Shown: positions 54,284 through 64,000 of the stretch, in pieces
How positions within the stretch are numbered: position 1 is the stretch's first letter
How the letters are laid out: every line of letters starts with the position of its first letter
Origin: an uncultured Candidatus Peribacteria bacterium
GTDB taxonomy: Bacteria; Patescibacteriota; Gracilibacteria; Peribacterales; Peribacteraceae
Assembly (NCBI GenBank): GCA_964517585.1
Contig: CAZFCB010000001.1
Coordinates: forward strand, 1,891-65,890
Length of the DNA: 64,000 nt
Direction: 5' to 3'
Translations under genes and position numbers: made by a program
The notes under the pieces: model-generated
Database searches by the model: none
Told to the model about the DNA's origin: nothing
Seen by the model: the letters and a program-made list of their open reading frames with translations, nothing else

Positions 54284-55633
54284 TTATTGTCCGATGAACG
54301 TCTGGTGAAGAATCTGCAGTGAACGTTCTGTATCACACTCATCGACGACAAACGTCATACTCACTCCAGATGCCGCTTGAGAAATCATTTCGACAGGAAT
54401 CTTGTGTGATCCGAGCGTTGAAAAAATCCGACCCGCGACTCCTGCAGCGTTAATACTGCCACCGACCATACAGATAATGGCTTTCCCTCGCACCACGTGT
54501 ACTTCACCGAGTGAGTTCAGGTCTCGAACAATCTTTGTAATATTTTCCTCGTTATCAATAGTCAGCGACACACTCACGACAGATGTAGCGATGAGATCAA
54601 TGCTCGTTCGATGACGCTGAAAAACCGTGAAGAGACGTGCCATGAGGCCGCTACCGTCAAAAAATTCCGGGGAACGTACATGGATGATCGTGATACCTTT
54701 TTTTCGCGAGAATGCTTCCACCGTATGACTCTTTCCTCGGCGTTGCTCGAAACTACTAACAATCGTTGTGCCTTTTCCTTCCGGACGAAATGTATTGAGG
54801 ATCTGGACCGGAACACCTGTTTCCATGGCAGGAAGAATAGTCTTAGGATGCAGTACTTTTGCGCCGAAGTACGCCAGTTCGCATGCTTCTTCAAACGCCA
54901 GTTCATGGACAACTTTCGCTTCAGGGACGATGCGCGGATCGGTTGTGAGAAAACCATCTACTTCTTTCCAAATTTGGATTGCCTCTGCACCCATTGCCGC
55001 TCCGATGATGGCTGCCGTGTAATCTGAGCCACCACGTCCAAGCGTCGTGATCTCACCTTTCACTGTTGTACCGATGAAACCGGTGACGACCGGCACAACC
55101 TTGAGCGCGGAAATTTTCCTTTTCAAGAGAACGAACGATGACTTCAGTGGCTCAGCATCGCCAAATGTCTCATCCGTGATCATTCCTAATTCCCATGCTG
55201 GGTACGCTCGAGAAGCCATTCCCTTTTTCTTCAGCTCCGCTGCGACAATGATAGACGAAAGTCTCTCCCCAAATGACAGATAGATATCCATCGTCTGTTT
55301 CGTCAATTTTTTTGTACGTTTTGTCGACTTCATCAGTAACGCTAGTGCAGCAAATTCCTGTTCACAGAGCGTCAGCGGAAGCTTGAGATCAGAAAGAATA
55401 TCTCTGTGACGTCCCTGCAGACTCTCAAAGATGTCTATGCCGTCTCCTTTCGATCTATCCTGCGCAAGTCGAATGAGCATATCAGTCACTCCAGAGACTG
55501 CCGACACAACGACAACGGGCTTTCGTTTCAGATTCATTTTCACGATAGCAGCAACGTCGGAAATCGCTTTCGCGCTCCCAACTGACGTGCCGCCAAACTT
55601 CATAACGATCATAGTAGTGAGTAGTGTGCCCAT
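54284..55633 (-). CDS. lysC: aspartate kinase
   Basis: IVMKFGGTSVG, LGRGGSDYTAA, two C-terminal ACT domains. Alternative start at 55612. Confidence 0.9.
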   Translation of the reverse strand: MGTLLTTMIVMKFGGTSVGSAKAISDVAAIVKMNLKRKPVVVVSAVSGVTDMLIRLAQDRSKGDGIDIFESLQGRHRDILSDLKLPLTLCEQEFAALALLMKSTKRTKKLTKQTMDIYLSFGERLSSIIVAAELKKKGMASRAYPAWELGMITDETFGDAEPLKSSFVLLKRKISALKVVPVVTGFIGTTVKGEITTLGRGGSDYTAAIIGAAMGAEAIQIWKEVDGFLTTDPRIVPEAKVVHELAFEEACELAYFGAKVLHPKTILPAMETGVPVQILNTFRPEGKGTTIVSSFEQRRGKSHTVEAFSRKKGITIIHVRSPEFFDGSGLMARLFTVFQRHRTSIDLIATSVVSVSLTIDNEENITKIVRDLNSLGEVHVVRGKAIICMVGGSINAAGVAGRIFSTLGSHKIPVEMISQAASGVSMTFVVDECDTERSLQILHQTFIGQ

Positions 55634-55714
55634 TCAATCTGTGGATGCAAGAGCGGCGGACAAAAAACATCGTCAGATATCTGTTGTGCCAGAAGAATTC
55701 TGTATACTTCAGAC

Positions 55715-56797
55715 ATGCATACTTCTCATGAAAAACGGCGCGTAGGAATTCTGGGTGCAACCGGTATGGTCGGCCAACAGTACCTCTCCCTCCTAGAAGG
55801 TCATCCGTGGTTTACGGTAACGCATCTCGTTGCAAGTCCTTCATCGGCAGGAAAAACGTATGCTGAAGCCGTAGAAGGTCGCTGGCATATGGCAGGCTCC
55901 GTTCCGGAGGTTGCAAAGAAACTCATAGTTCATACAGTCGATGATCTAGACGCTGTTATGAAGAATTGTGACTTCGTCTTTTCAGCCTTAGATTCAGACA
56001 TCGCAAAAGTCTGGGAAGAGAAGTATGCCGCAGCCGGAATTCCGGTCGTCTCCAATGCATCCACACACCGGATGACGCCGGACGTCCCGATGATCATCCC
56101 TGAAGTAAACCCCGATCACATGGAGATGATCAAGATCCAGCAAAAGAACCGTGGCTGGAGCAAGGGCTTCATCGTCGTGAAACCAAACTGCTCTATACAG
56201 AGTTACGTCGCGCCACTTGCAGCACTCCATAGAAAGTTCACCGTGAAGAACATCGTCGTCACAACCATGCAGGCTATTTCCGGCGCCGGACATCCGGGAG
56301 TCGCATCGCTTGATATTCTGGAAAACGTTATTCCGCTTATTCAAGGAGAAGAAGTGAAGTCAGAGAAAGAACCACAGAAAATTTTTGGCTCAATCAAAGG
56401 AAATGCAATTGCTCACAATGAATCGATCATAATTTCCGCTCACTGTAACCGCGTCCCAACTATTGATGGTCACATGGCGTGTGTTTCATTCAGCTGCGAA
56501 AAGATGCCAACTGACACAGAAATTCTTGCCGCATGGACAGCGTTCAAAGGTCCTCCTCAGGACTTAGATCTGCCATTCGCACCGAAACAGGCAATCACGT
56601 ATCTCACGGAAACGAATCGTCCGCAACCGCGTATCGATCGCAACCGTGACAAAGGAATGACCGTAACCGTCGGCAGGCTGCGCGAAGATCCCGTCTTTCA
56701 GTGGAAATTTGTTGGACTCTCACATAATACAATTCGTGGCGCAGCAGGTGGAGGTATTCTCATCGCCGAATTGCTGAAAGCAAAGTCATATGTATAA
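55715..56797 (+). CDS. asd: aspartate-semialdehyde dehydrogenase
   Basis: VGILGATGMVGQ, active-site KPNCSIQS, ISGAG. TATACT box at 55703-55708 lies only 6 nt before the ATG. Confidence 0.9.
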   Translation: MHTSHEKRRVGILGATGMVGQQYLSLLEGHPWFTVTHLVASPSSAGKTYAEAVEGRWHMAGSVPEVAKKLIVHTVDDLDAVMKNCDFVFSALDSDIAKVWEEKYAAAGIPVVSNASTHRMTPDVPMIIPEVNPDHMEMIKIQQKNRGWSKGFIVVKPNCSIQSYVAPLAALHRKFTVKNIVVTTMQAISGAGHPGVASLDILENVIPLIQGEEVKSEKEPQKIFGSIKGNAIAHNESIIISAHCNRVPTIDGHMACVSFSCEKMPTDTEILAAWTAFKGPPQDLDLPFAPKQAITYLTETNRPQPRIDRNRDKGMTVTVGRLREDPVFQWKFVGLSHNTIRGAAGGGILIAELLKAKSYV

Positions 56798-56806
56798 TTT
56801 TGTCCT

Positions 56807-58039
56807 ATGACAAACGGAACTATCCTCATCATCGGTGCCGGCGGTGTCGGCGCAGTCGTCACACACAAGTGTGCGCAGAATGCCGATGTCTTCACGAAGA
56901 TCCATCTCGCAAGCCGCAGTATCGCAAAGCCAGATGCCATCAAAAAAGATGTGAAGAAACGTTCTGGCGTAACGATCACGACTCATACCGTCGATGCAGA
57001 CAAGCCCAAAGAAGTTGCGGCTCTCATCCGAAAGGTGAAGCCAGCTCTCGTCCTCAACGTCGCGCTCCCCTATCAGGACCTCACAATCATGGATGCATGT
57101 CTGATGACAGGGGTGCACTACATCGATACCGCAAACTATGAGCCTCTCGACAAAGCAGAATTTGAGTACAGCTGGCAGTGGGCATATAAAAAGAGATTCA
57201 AGGACGCCGGTATCATGGCCATCCTCGGCGCAGGTTTCGATCCTGGAGTGACAAACATGTATTGCGCGTACATTCTGAAAAAATACTTCGATACGGTCAG
57301 TACCGTCGATATTCTCGATGCAAATGCCGGCGACCATGGCAAAGCATTCGCCACAAATTTCAATCCTGAGATTAACATTCGCGAAGTGACGCAGATCGTA
57401 AAGCACTGGAAAAAAGGAAAGTGGGTAAAAACACCTCCCATCATCGACCCAAAGAGCATCCACTTCACATTCGACTATCCGGTCGTCGGCAAAAAGGAGA
57501 GCTATCTTCTGTATCATGAGGAGCTTGAGTCACTTGCGAAGAACCTGCCAGGTCTAGAGCGCATCCGCTTCTGGATGACATTTTCGGAGAATTATCTGAC
57601 ACATCTGCGCGTCATGCAAAACATAGGTATTACACGCATTGACGAAGTGGAATACGACGGCAAAAAAATTGTCCCGATCAAATTCTTAAAAGCACTCCTT
57701 CCAAATCCTGCCTCACTTGCGACAAAGTACACCGGAAAGACGAATATTGGTTGCATCATTACAGGTAAAAAAGATGGAAAAGTAAGCACCAAATACATCT
57801 ATAATGTCTGTGATCATGCACAGTGTTTCAAGGAAATCGGTTCGCAGGCCATCTCGTACACCACCGGAGTTCCAGCAATGTCCGCTGCCATGATGGTCAT
57901 GAAAGGCATCTGGAAAGGTAAAGGTGTCTTTAATATGGAGGAGCTTGATCCAGACACTTTTCTCAGCATTGTGTCCGAGAATGGACTTCCGTTCAAAGTA
58001 GTTGACTGTACGCCGCTGCCTGACACACTGACTCCATGA
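56807..58039 (+). CDS. carboxy(nor)spermidine dehydrogenase/synthase (saccharopine dehydrogenase family)
   Basis: ILIIGAGGVGAVVTHKCAQN, GFDPGVTNMY, 410 aa. ATGA-coupled to the decarboxylase gene. Confidence 0.82.
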   Translation: MTNGTILIIGAGGVGAVVTHKCAQNADVFTKIHLASRSIAKPDAIKKDVKKRSGVTITTHTVDADKPKEVAALIRKVKPALVLNVALPYQDLTIMDACLMTGVHYIDTANYEPLDKAEFEYSWQWAYKKRFKDAGIMAILGAGFDPGVTNMYCAYILKKYFDTVSTVDILDANAGDHGKAFATNFNPEINIREVTQIVKHWKKGKWVKTPPIIDPKSIHFTFDYPVVGKKESYLLYHEELESLAKNLPGLERIRFWMTFSENYLTHLRVMQNIGITRIDEVEYDGKKIVPIKFLKALLPNPASLATKYTGKTNIGCIITGKKDGKVSTKYIYNVCDHAQCFKEIGSQAISYTTGVPAMSAAMMVMKGIWKGKGVFNMEELDPDTFLSIVSENGLPFKVVDCTPLPDTLTP

Positions 58040-59235
58040 CAAAAGGAGACATCTTCGAACCGACGTGGGAGCGTGATCGCGAAAGTTTTTTTTCGGGACT
58101 TGATTATACGAACATCCAAACTCCTGCCTACGTCATTCATCAGGGGGCACTTGAGGAAAACCTGAAGATTCTTGCGCGTGTCAAAAAAGAAGCAGATTGC
58201 CGGATTCTCCTTGCCCTCAAAGGTTATGCAACATGGAAAACATTCCCACTCATCAAGAAGTATCTTGACGGAGTGTGTGCAAGTTCAGTGAACGAAGCGC
58301 GTCTTGGGCGGGAGGAATTTGGCAAGGAAGTTCATAGTTATGCTCCCGTCTTCAGTGACCGTGATATCAATGAGCAAATACTCTACGCTGATCACATCGT
58401 CTTCAACTCGCCGACACAGTGGGAAAAGTACCGAGACGTCGTGAAAAAGAAGAATCCGAACATCGAATGCGGCATTCGTATCAATCCGGAATCTGCCGGT
58501 GCAAGTAACGACCTCTATAACCCTTGCGCCAAAGGCTCACGGATGGGAAGCACGCTCGAAGAATGTGAGAAACACTCAGGAATTCTGGAATCTGTCGACG
58601 GACTGCACTTCCATGCACTCTGCGAGCAAAATGCAGATGACCTCGAAGAAGCTTTGAGAAATGTCGAGAGAAAATTCGGGAAGTATCTAAAGGGAAAGAA
58701 ATGGATAAACTTCGGTGGCGGACATCATATTACGCGACAGGACTACGACGTCGAAAAGCTCATACAACTCATCAAGAACTTTACAAAGAAGTACGAAGTA
58801 CAAGTCATCGTTGAGCCAGGGGAGGCAATCGGTCTCAATACAGGCGTACTTGTGTCGTCCGTCCTCGATATCATCGAAAACAATGGCAGCATCGCCATGC
58901 TCGATACGACTGCCGAAGCACACATGCCGGACGTGCTCGGCATGCCATACCGGCCGTCAGTCATCGGTGCAGGCAAACCAGGAGAGAAGAAATTCACGTA
59001 CCGTTTAGGCGGCATTACGTGTCTTTCTGGTGACTTCATCGGAGAACACTCGTTTGATGCAGAGCTAAGACCAGGCGACAAAGTTGTTTTTCAAAACATG
59101 GCCATATACACAACAGTGAAGAATACAACCTTCAACGGCGTGAGGCTGCCTGACATCGTCATCATGAATGAGGAAAACGAGATCACGCACAAAAAAACGT
59201 TCGGCTACGAAGATTTCAAGAATCGGCTGTCGTAG
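58036..59235 (+). CDS. nspC: carboxy(nor)spermidine decarboxylase
   Basis: TPAYVIHQGALEENL, LALKGY, NFGGGHHIT, EPGEAI. 399 aa. Confidence 0.82.
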   Translation: MTKGDIFEPTWERDRESFFSGLDYTNIQTPAYVIHQGALEENLKILARVKKEADCRILLALKGYATWKTFPLIKKYLDGVCASSVNEARLGREEFGKEVHSYAPVFSDRDINEQILYADHIVFNSPTQWEKYRDVVKKKNPNIECGIRINPESAGASNDLYNPCAKGSRMGSTLEECEKHSGILESVDGLHFHALCEQNADDLEEALRNVERKFGKYLKGKKWINFGGGHHITRQDYDVEKLIQLIKNFTKKYEVQVIVEPGEAIGLNTGVLVSSVLDIIENNGSIAMLDTTAEAHMPDVLGMPYRPSVIGAGKPGEKKFTYRLGGITCLSGDFIGEHSFDAELRPGDKVVFQNMAIYTTVKNTTFNGVRLPDIVIMNEENEITHKKTFGYEDFKNRLS

Positions 59236-59284
59236 AAACATCGAGTTTGTTACTGTAGTTCTACGTTATCCCCTGTTTTCACCT

Positions 59285-60157
59285 ATGGAGAGAAAAATCG
59301 TCACCCTCGGCCTCGTCCAGATGTCTATGACAGACAATAAGGAGGAAAACCTGAAGAAAGCCGTCGCAATGACAGAGAATGCTGCAAAAAAAGGCGCGAA
59401 CATCGTGGTACTGCCGGAACTATTTGCAGGTCCGTATTTCTGCATAGTTCCTAAGAATGAGAAAGAACTCGCACGTGCAGAACCGATCCCTGGTGAACTG
59501 AGTTCTGCACTGTCGGTTCTGGCAAAACGCTTGCAGATTGTGCTTGTCGGAGGATCCATCTATGAACTGTCCGACGGAAAACGCTACAACACATCCTGCA
59601 TCTTTGGTCCCAATGGCGAGACAATTGGCACGTACCGGAAGGCTCATATTCCACATGATCCTGGCTTCTTTGAGCAGGACTACTTTGGCAGTGGCAATGA
59701 AGTCATCACAGTACATGAAACACCGTTTGGAAAGATCGCCGTAGGAATTTGTTACGATCAGTGGTTTCCGGAGTTTGCGCGGATCGCTGCGTTGCGCGGT
59801 GCTGAACTCATCGTCTATCCCACAGCGATCGGCAATAATCCCGAGGTAGAGCCTGCAGATCCTGATGTTCCCGAAAACTGGGAGCACATGTGGCGTGCTG
59901 CGCAGGTAGGTCACGCGGCAACAAACAATGTCTACATCGCAGCCGTGAATCGTGTCGGCAATGAAGGTGCAACACACTTCTTTGGCGGATCATTCGTCGC
60001 AGATCCATGTGCATCGACTCTCGTCCAAGGCAATGACACAGAAAAAGTTCTCCTCACAAAAATCGATATGTCACTTCCGAAAAAAGTGCAGACATCATGG
60101 AGATTTTTACTCGAACGCCGACCGGATTTGTACGGTGATATCACGAAGAAGTTATGA
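59285..60157 (+). CDS. aguB: N-carbamoylputrescine amidase (CN hydrolase)
   Basis: VTLGLVQM, VVLPELF, HIPHDPGFFEQDYF, ICYDQWFPE. The track ORF starts at 59168. Confidence 0.85.
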   Translation: MERKIVTLGLVQMSMTDNKEENLKKAVAMTENAAKKGANIVVLPELFAGPYFCIVPKNEKELARAEPIPGELSSALSVLAKRLQIVLVGGSIYELSDGKRYNTSCIFGPNGETIGTYRKAHIPHDPGFFEQDYFGSGNEVITVHETPFGKIAVGICYDQWFPEFARIAALRGAELIVYPTAIGNNPEVEPADPDVPENWEHMWRAAQVGHAATNNVYIAAVNRVGNEGATHFFGGSFVADPCASTLVQGNDTEKVLLTKIDMSLPKKVQTSWRFLLERRPDLYGDITKKL

Positions 60158-61197
60158 CGAAACAAGAAACACCTTGGGCAAAAGGTTTCCGAATGCCTGC
60201 AGAATGGGCTCCACAAAGCGCTGTTTGGCTTGCGTGGCCATATAACCTGGAGGAGACGTGGGCAGGACACATTGATGGCGCCGAACAAGCATTCACAGAG
60301 ATGATCGAAATTATTTCACACTATGAAAACGTGGAACTTCTCGTGCAAAATGATGATGTAAAAAAACGTGCAATGACAAAAATAACAGCCTCGAAGACAC
60401 ATCTGAAGAATCTCCATATTCACACCGTCAAAACAAGCGATATTTGGATTCGTGACTACGGTCCAATATTCGTACGAAAGGATTCTCCTCACGAAATCGG
60501 ATTCACGAAATGGACATACAATGCTTACGGAAATAAATATGACTCATTGTTACTGGATAATGATGTCGTAGATCATCTGCCGCTCCACAGTTTTCAACGT
60601 TTTGATACCGGCATCGTCCTTGAGGGTGGATCTATTGATGTCAACGGTACCGGAACACTTCTGACGACCGAAAGTTGCCTCCTGTCGCCAGACCGCAACC
60701 CGCACATGACGAAACAGGACATCGAAAAAGCTCTTCTAGACTACCTAGGAGCCACAAACGTACTCTGGCTCGGAGAAGGCATAGAAGGCGATGACACAAC
60801 GGGGCACATCGATGATCTCACGCGTTTTGTCGCTCAGTCCACCGTCATCACGGTCATCGAAGAAGACCCCAATGATACAAACTTCAAGCCGCTGCAAGAA
60901 AATGCCGAGCGCCTCCGTTCGATGAAAGACGAACACGGTACTCCACTCACTGTCATCGAAATGCCCATGCCGAAGAAGTTTGTCGTGAACGGCCGTCGCA
61001 TGGCCGCAACACATGCAAATTTCCTGATCACCAATGAAGCTGTCCTTTTGCCAACCTATGCCCAGCCTACAGATGACATTGCGCGATCCATCCTCGAAAA
61101 ATGTTTCCCTGACAGGAAAGTGATTGGCATCGACTGCAGAGAACTCATTTGGGGCTTTGGATCGATCCATTGTGCAACGCAACAGCAGCCGGCATAA
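60154..61197 (+). CDS. aguA: agmatine deiminase
   Basis: FRMPAEWAPQ, IWIRDYGPIF, LEGGSIDVNG, TGHIDD, GSIHCATQQQP. Confidence 0.9.
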   Translation: MTKQETPWAKGFRMPAEWAPQSAVWLAWPYNLEETWAGHIDGAEQAFTEMIEIISHYENVELLVQNDDVKKRAMTKITASKTHLKNLHIHTVKTSDIWIRDYGPIFVRKDSPHEIGFTKWTYNAYGNKYDSLLLDNDVVDHLPLHSFQRFDTGIVLEGGSIDVNGTGTLLTTESCLLSPDRNPHMTKQDIEKALLDYLGATNVLWLGEGIEGDDTTGHIDDLTRFVAQSTVITVIEEDPNDTNFKPLQENAERLRSMKDEHGTPLTVIEMPMPKKFVVNGRRMAATHANFLITNEAVLLPTYAQPTDDIARSILEKCFPDRKVIGIDCRELIWGFGSIHCATQQQPA

Positions 61198-61214
61198 ATT
61201 CGTGAAAGGACAAA

Positions 61215-61727
61215 TTACATCCGATCGTATGTCAGAAACGTGTACGCATGTGCATGCTTCTGGTCAGCTGGATGTTCTATCTGCTCAACTTCAGTCCACT
61301 GGTCACCATCAAGATCCGGAAAGATGCTGTCGCCCTCAATGTCGGCATGCACACGGGTAAGATACACACGACCCGCGACAATCGGCGTGAAGCGATCTTC
61401 AAGCCACTGATTGAAAAGATCCGATCCACCAATGATAAACACCTCTTCGTCTTCCGGAAGGCTTGTGTCGAGCATCGATAGAAGTGCATCAATGTCGGAT
61501 GAGACTTCCACGCCCTCAGTTGGCTGCATTGTGGATGACAATACGATATTGCGACGATCTGGAAGTGGCTTGCCAATCGATTCGTAGGTCTTCCTGCCCA
61601 TGATGATGACGTGCCCCTTCGTGAGCTCCTTAAAACGCTTCAGGTCATCTGGAAGCTGCCACGGTAGCTTGTTGTCTTTGCCGATCACGCCGTTTTCCGC
61701 GGCCGCAACGATGAGAGAGATGATCAT
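61215..61727 (-). CDS. folA: dihydrofolate reductase
   Basis: MIISLIVAAAENGVIGKDNKLPWQLPDDLKRFKELT..IMGRKTYESIG. The track ORF extends to 61802. Confidence 0.9.
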   Translation of the reverse strand: MIISLIVAAAENGVIGKDNKLPWQLPDDLKRFKELTKGHVIIMGRKTYESIGKPLPDRRNIVLSSTMQPTEGVEVSSDIDALLSMLDTSLPEDEEVFIIGGSDLFNQWLEDRFTPIVAGRVYLTRVHADIEGDSIFPDLDGDQWTEVEQIEHPADQKHAHAYTFLTYDRM

Positions 61728-61742
61728 AATGAGAGTGTAAAG

Positions 61743-61827
61743 CGAATGTCGAATATAGAATACCGAATATCGTAAAACAATACGGCATTCGATATTCGAC
61801 ATTCGAAATTCGAAATTCTACATTCCT
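61743..61827. repeat. inverted array of heptamer repeats (CGAATNN x4, spacer, NATTCGA x5-6) between thyA and folA
   Basis: CGAATGT CGAATAT AGAATAC CGAATAT, spacer, CATTCGA TATTCGA CATTCGA AATTCGA AATTCTA CATTCCT. A perfect 14-bp inverted repeat, CGAATGTCGAATAT / ATATTCGACATTCG, sits at the outer arms. Confidence 0.75.
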
Positions 61828-62621
61828 CACACTGCTATCGGTGCCTTAATCCCCGGCTCTGGATCGTATTCAACAACTTCAATATCTTCGAATGTGAAAT
61901 CAAAGATATTCTTTCTGTCCGGATTCAGTTTCAACGTCGGCAACTTCTTCGGGCTCCTCGTGAGCTGAAGTGCAGCCTGCTCAGTATGATTCAGATACAA
62001 ATGTGCATCCCCAAGCGTGTGAACGAAGTCCCCTACTCTAAGCCCTGTAACTTGCGCAATCATGTGCGTAAGGAGTGCATAGGACGCGATGTTGAACGGT
62101 ACACCAAGGAAAATATCCGCACTTCGCTGGTACAGCTGACAACTAAGTTTCCCGTCTGCGACATAAAACTGAAATAAACAATGACATGGAGGAAGTGCCA
62201 TAGAATCGATATATGGCACATTCCATGCACTGACAATCAGTCGACGTGAGTTCGGGTTCTTCTTGATCATCTCGATGAGCTTCGTGATTTGATCGTACGT
62301 TGTGCCATCGGGCCCGGGCCATGACCTCCACTGAGATCCGTATACAGGACCAAGATTACCGTCTTTATCCGCCCATTCATCCCAAATGGAGACACCATTG
62401 TCCTTCAGATACTTGATGTTCGTTTCGCCTTTCAGGAACCACAAAAGCTCATGAAAAATAGAGCGAGTGTGGAGTTTCTTTGTTGTGAGCAACGGATAAC
62501 CACTATTCAAATCAAAACGCATTTGATAACCAAAGACCGAGAGTGTCCCTGTTCCGGTACGATCATCTTTTTTTGTGCCGTTTTCCATGACATGCCGGAG
62601 AAGATCAAGATACTGCTTCAT
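61827..62621 (-). CDS. thyA: thymidylate synthase
   Basis: [42 protein letters not shown]. 264 aa, ending ..GIKAPIAV. The track ORF extends to 62720. Confidence 0.95.
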   Translation of the reverse strand: MKQYLDLLRHVMENGTKKDDRTGTGTLSVFGYQMRFDLNSGYPLLTTKKLHTRSIFHELLWFLKGETNIKYLKDNGVSIWDEWADKDGNLGPVYGSQWRSWPGPDGTTYDQITKLIEMIKKNPNSRRLIVSAWNVPYIDSMALPPCHCLFQFYVADGKLSCQLYQRSADIFLGVPFNIASYALLTHMIAQVTGLRVGDFVHTLGDAHLYLNHTEQAALQLTRSPKKLPTLKLNPDRKNIFDFTFEDIEVVEYDPEPGIKAPIAV

Positions 62622-62675
62622 CGACCGCAGCGTACAAGAATTGTGTTGCAGTCGGCAAACAATCATACTCGCGCC

Positions 62676-63071
62676 ATGAAAATCTCTCTCTTCACCGTTT
62701 CCCTCCTGCCATTTCGGCACCCGAATCTACTCATCAAGGCTATCGCAGGCATTGTCATTTGGAGCGGTCTCATCCCCCTCGGGATCCTCCATCTCTGGAC
62801 ATGGATGTTTCAGGAAATATATTTCTCCTTACTCGACATCCCAAAAGTGCCACTGAGAGATCATCTCACATTCGACCGTGGGAGCCTGAAAAAGCTTTCT
62901 CTTGGGCAAAAGCTTTCTTGTGCATACTGCGACTATGCAAACGGAACAATCTCGTGGATGAAAGCGGTCATCAACCGAACGGAAGTGTATTCCTGTGCAA
63001 TCCGTCACCGAACAACTATCTTGGGGCAGGAACATCAAAAAGACTACCTACCCTACGAACAGTTTCAGTAG
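62676..63071 (+). CDS. hypothetical small membrane protein with Cys/His motifs
   Basis: One or two TM helices, then CAYCDYANG .. YSCAIRH. The upstream part of the track ORF overlaps thyA. Confidence 0.45.
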   Translation: MKISLFTVSLLPFRHPNLLIKAIAGIVIWSGLIPLGILHLWTWMFQEIYFSLLDIPKVPLRDHLTFDRGSLKKLSLGQKLSCAYCDYANGTISWMKAVINRTEVYSCAIRHRTTILGQEHQKDYLPYEQFQ

Positions 63072-63077
63072 CACTCG

Positions 63078-64000
63078 TTACTCTGTCGCTCTAGGTTCAC
63101 CTTCAAGGCAGCGTGCTGGACGAATCGTATCTTTTGAGAATGCCTGATACGCAGGTTGATAGTTATTGCCAGCATTCCAGACGGTGAATCCACAGAATCC
63201 CGCATCGTAGACTGCGCGGATTTGATCACTGACATCTTTATTCCCAACTGCATATCCCTGAATCCACGGACGGAGCTTCTTGCTGTCTTCAGGCCCTAAG
63301 AACTTCGCGTATCCTGTGAGTGTTCTATAGACAAGGTAGTAATTTCGAGGCCCTGGGTTCTTACCCGGAATGTAATACCCATCAGAGGTAAACGTAGCGG
63401 GATACGCCATGGGCGAGATGACATCGACAAGTGGGGCAAAACGGCGAACATCCTGCCCAAGAGTTTCTACATTGATATCGTAGCTCCAGCCAAGAATTGC
63501 GTAGGTGGAAAGTCCTAGTTTCGTTTTCGGACCACAACGATCAATAGTTTCACGCGCTGCTTTGATAAATTTCTCGACTCGATCTGCTTTTTGCTCTCCA
63601 GTAAAAACGCCAAGGGCTCCAAATTCCGCTGTGGAGAAACGAATGTAGTCCAAATTAATTTCATCGATGCCAGCGGCTGCAAGCTCACACATGACTTGCA
63701 TATTATATTCAATGGCTTCGTCATTACTCGGATCAATCCATGTCTGATTGAGAATTTTACCTGTGGCTGGATGTTTGATACGCGTGTCAGGCTTTTTCTT
63801 CGTGTACGCATCGTCTTTGATTGCGACAAAACGACCGATGACATAGATATTCTTCTCATGTAGTTTTTCGAGAATGACTGGAAGATCATAAATATGACGC
63901 ACAAGCCCAATATCCGTCGCAATGGGGGCAGCGGAATGGAAAAGTATACCGCCTCCTTTCACGTCCATGACGATCGTATCGCCACCGGCTGCGAGTAATT
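63078..64000 (-). CDS. putative TIM-barrel glycoside hydrolase (DUF4015-like), 5' end beyond the window
   Basis: The frame stays open to nt 64000 (..LLAAGGDTIVMDVKGGG..). DVKGGGI, IDEINLDYIRF, ISPMAYP. Confidence 0.55.
   Translation of the reverse strand, partial: LLAAGGDTIVMDVKGGGILFHSAAPIATDIGLVRHIYDLPVILEKLHEKNIYVIGRFVAIKDDAYTKKKPDTRIKHPATGKILNQTWIDPSNDEAIEYNMQVMCELAAAGIDEINLDYIRFSTAEFGALGVFTGEQKADRVEKFIKAARETIDRCGPKTKLGLSTYAILGWSYDINVETLGQDVRRFAPLVDVISPMAYPATFTSDGYYIPGKNPGPRNYYLVYRTLTGYAKFLGPEDSKKLRPWIQGYAVGNKDVSDQIRAVYDAGFCGFTVWNAGNNYQPAYQAFSKDTIRPARCLEGEPRATE

Noticed and set aside
1-64000. Alternative genetic code (UGA recoded, as in some CPR lineages).
   Set aside because: ThyA (264 aa, ending ..APIAV), RsmA, ComEC and several other genes end at the expected length on TGA. 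All recognised genes also read through without needing in-frame TGA sense codons.
1-64000. CRISPR arrays, rRNA genes, transposons, prophage.
   Set aside because: Reading both strands, I saw no regularly spaced direct repeats with unique spacers and no rRNA-like segments. None of the ORFs had transposase, integrase or capsid-like motifs.

Overview
Gene-dense 64-kb chromosomal window from a compact bacterial genome. It uses the standard code: UGA acts as a stop, since ThyA, RsmA and ComEC end at the expected lengths on TGA. Shine-Dalgarno sequences are scarce and many starts look leaderless. A small-genome uncultivated lineage (CPR/Peregrinibacteria-like) is only an inference. I call about 62 CDS and two tRNA-Glu isoacceptors. 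I saw no rRNA, CRISPR array, transposase, integrase or phage genes. Recognisable content: DNA repair (rmuC-like, uvrD/pcrA, uvrC, Pif1/RecD-like helicase, Cas4-like nuclease); RNA methyltransferases (rsmA, rlmI-like, rlmH, rlmD); pyrimidine genes (pyrD, pyrG); folate and thymidylate genes (folB-folK-folE, thyA-folA); and a complete agmatine to putrescine to carboxyspermidine polyamine cluster with its own ask/asd. Items worth a second look, in rough priority: (1) a consensus promoter with an embedded 18-bp palindrome, a 10-codon Gly/Cys mini-ORF and an intrinsic terminator, all upstream of a RelA/SpoT homologue fused to a roughly 14-TM EamA-type membrane domain; (2) a three-copy ~140-nt structured intergenic element with compensatory base changes between copies; (3) domain insertions in core machinery (GNAT-like in UvrC, parvulin in SecD); (4) a glutamate-cysteine-ligase-like gene flanked by two formylglutamate-amidohydrolase-family paralogues and an MscS-like channel; (5) folK, whose conserved N-terminus lies upstream of any canonical start codon; (6) an inverted heptamer array between thyA and folA; (7) an orphan four-gene operon ending in a Cas4-like nuclease. 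All family calls rest on motif recognition by eye; no searches were run.
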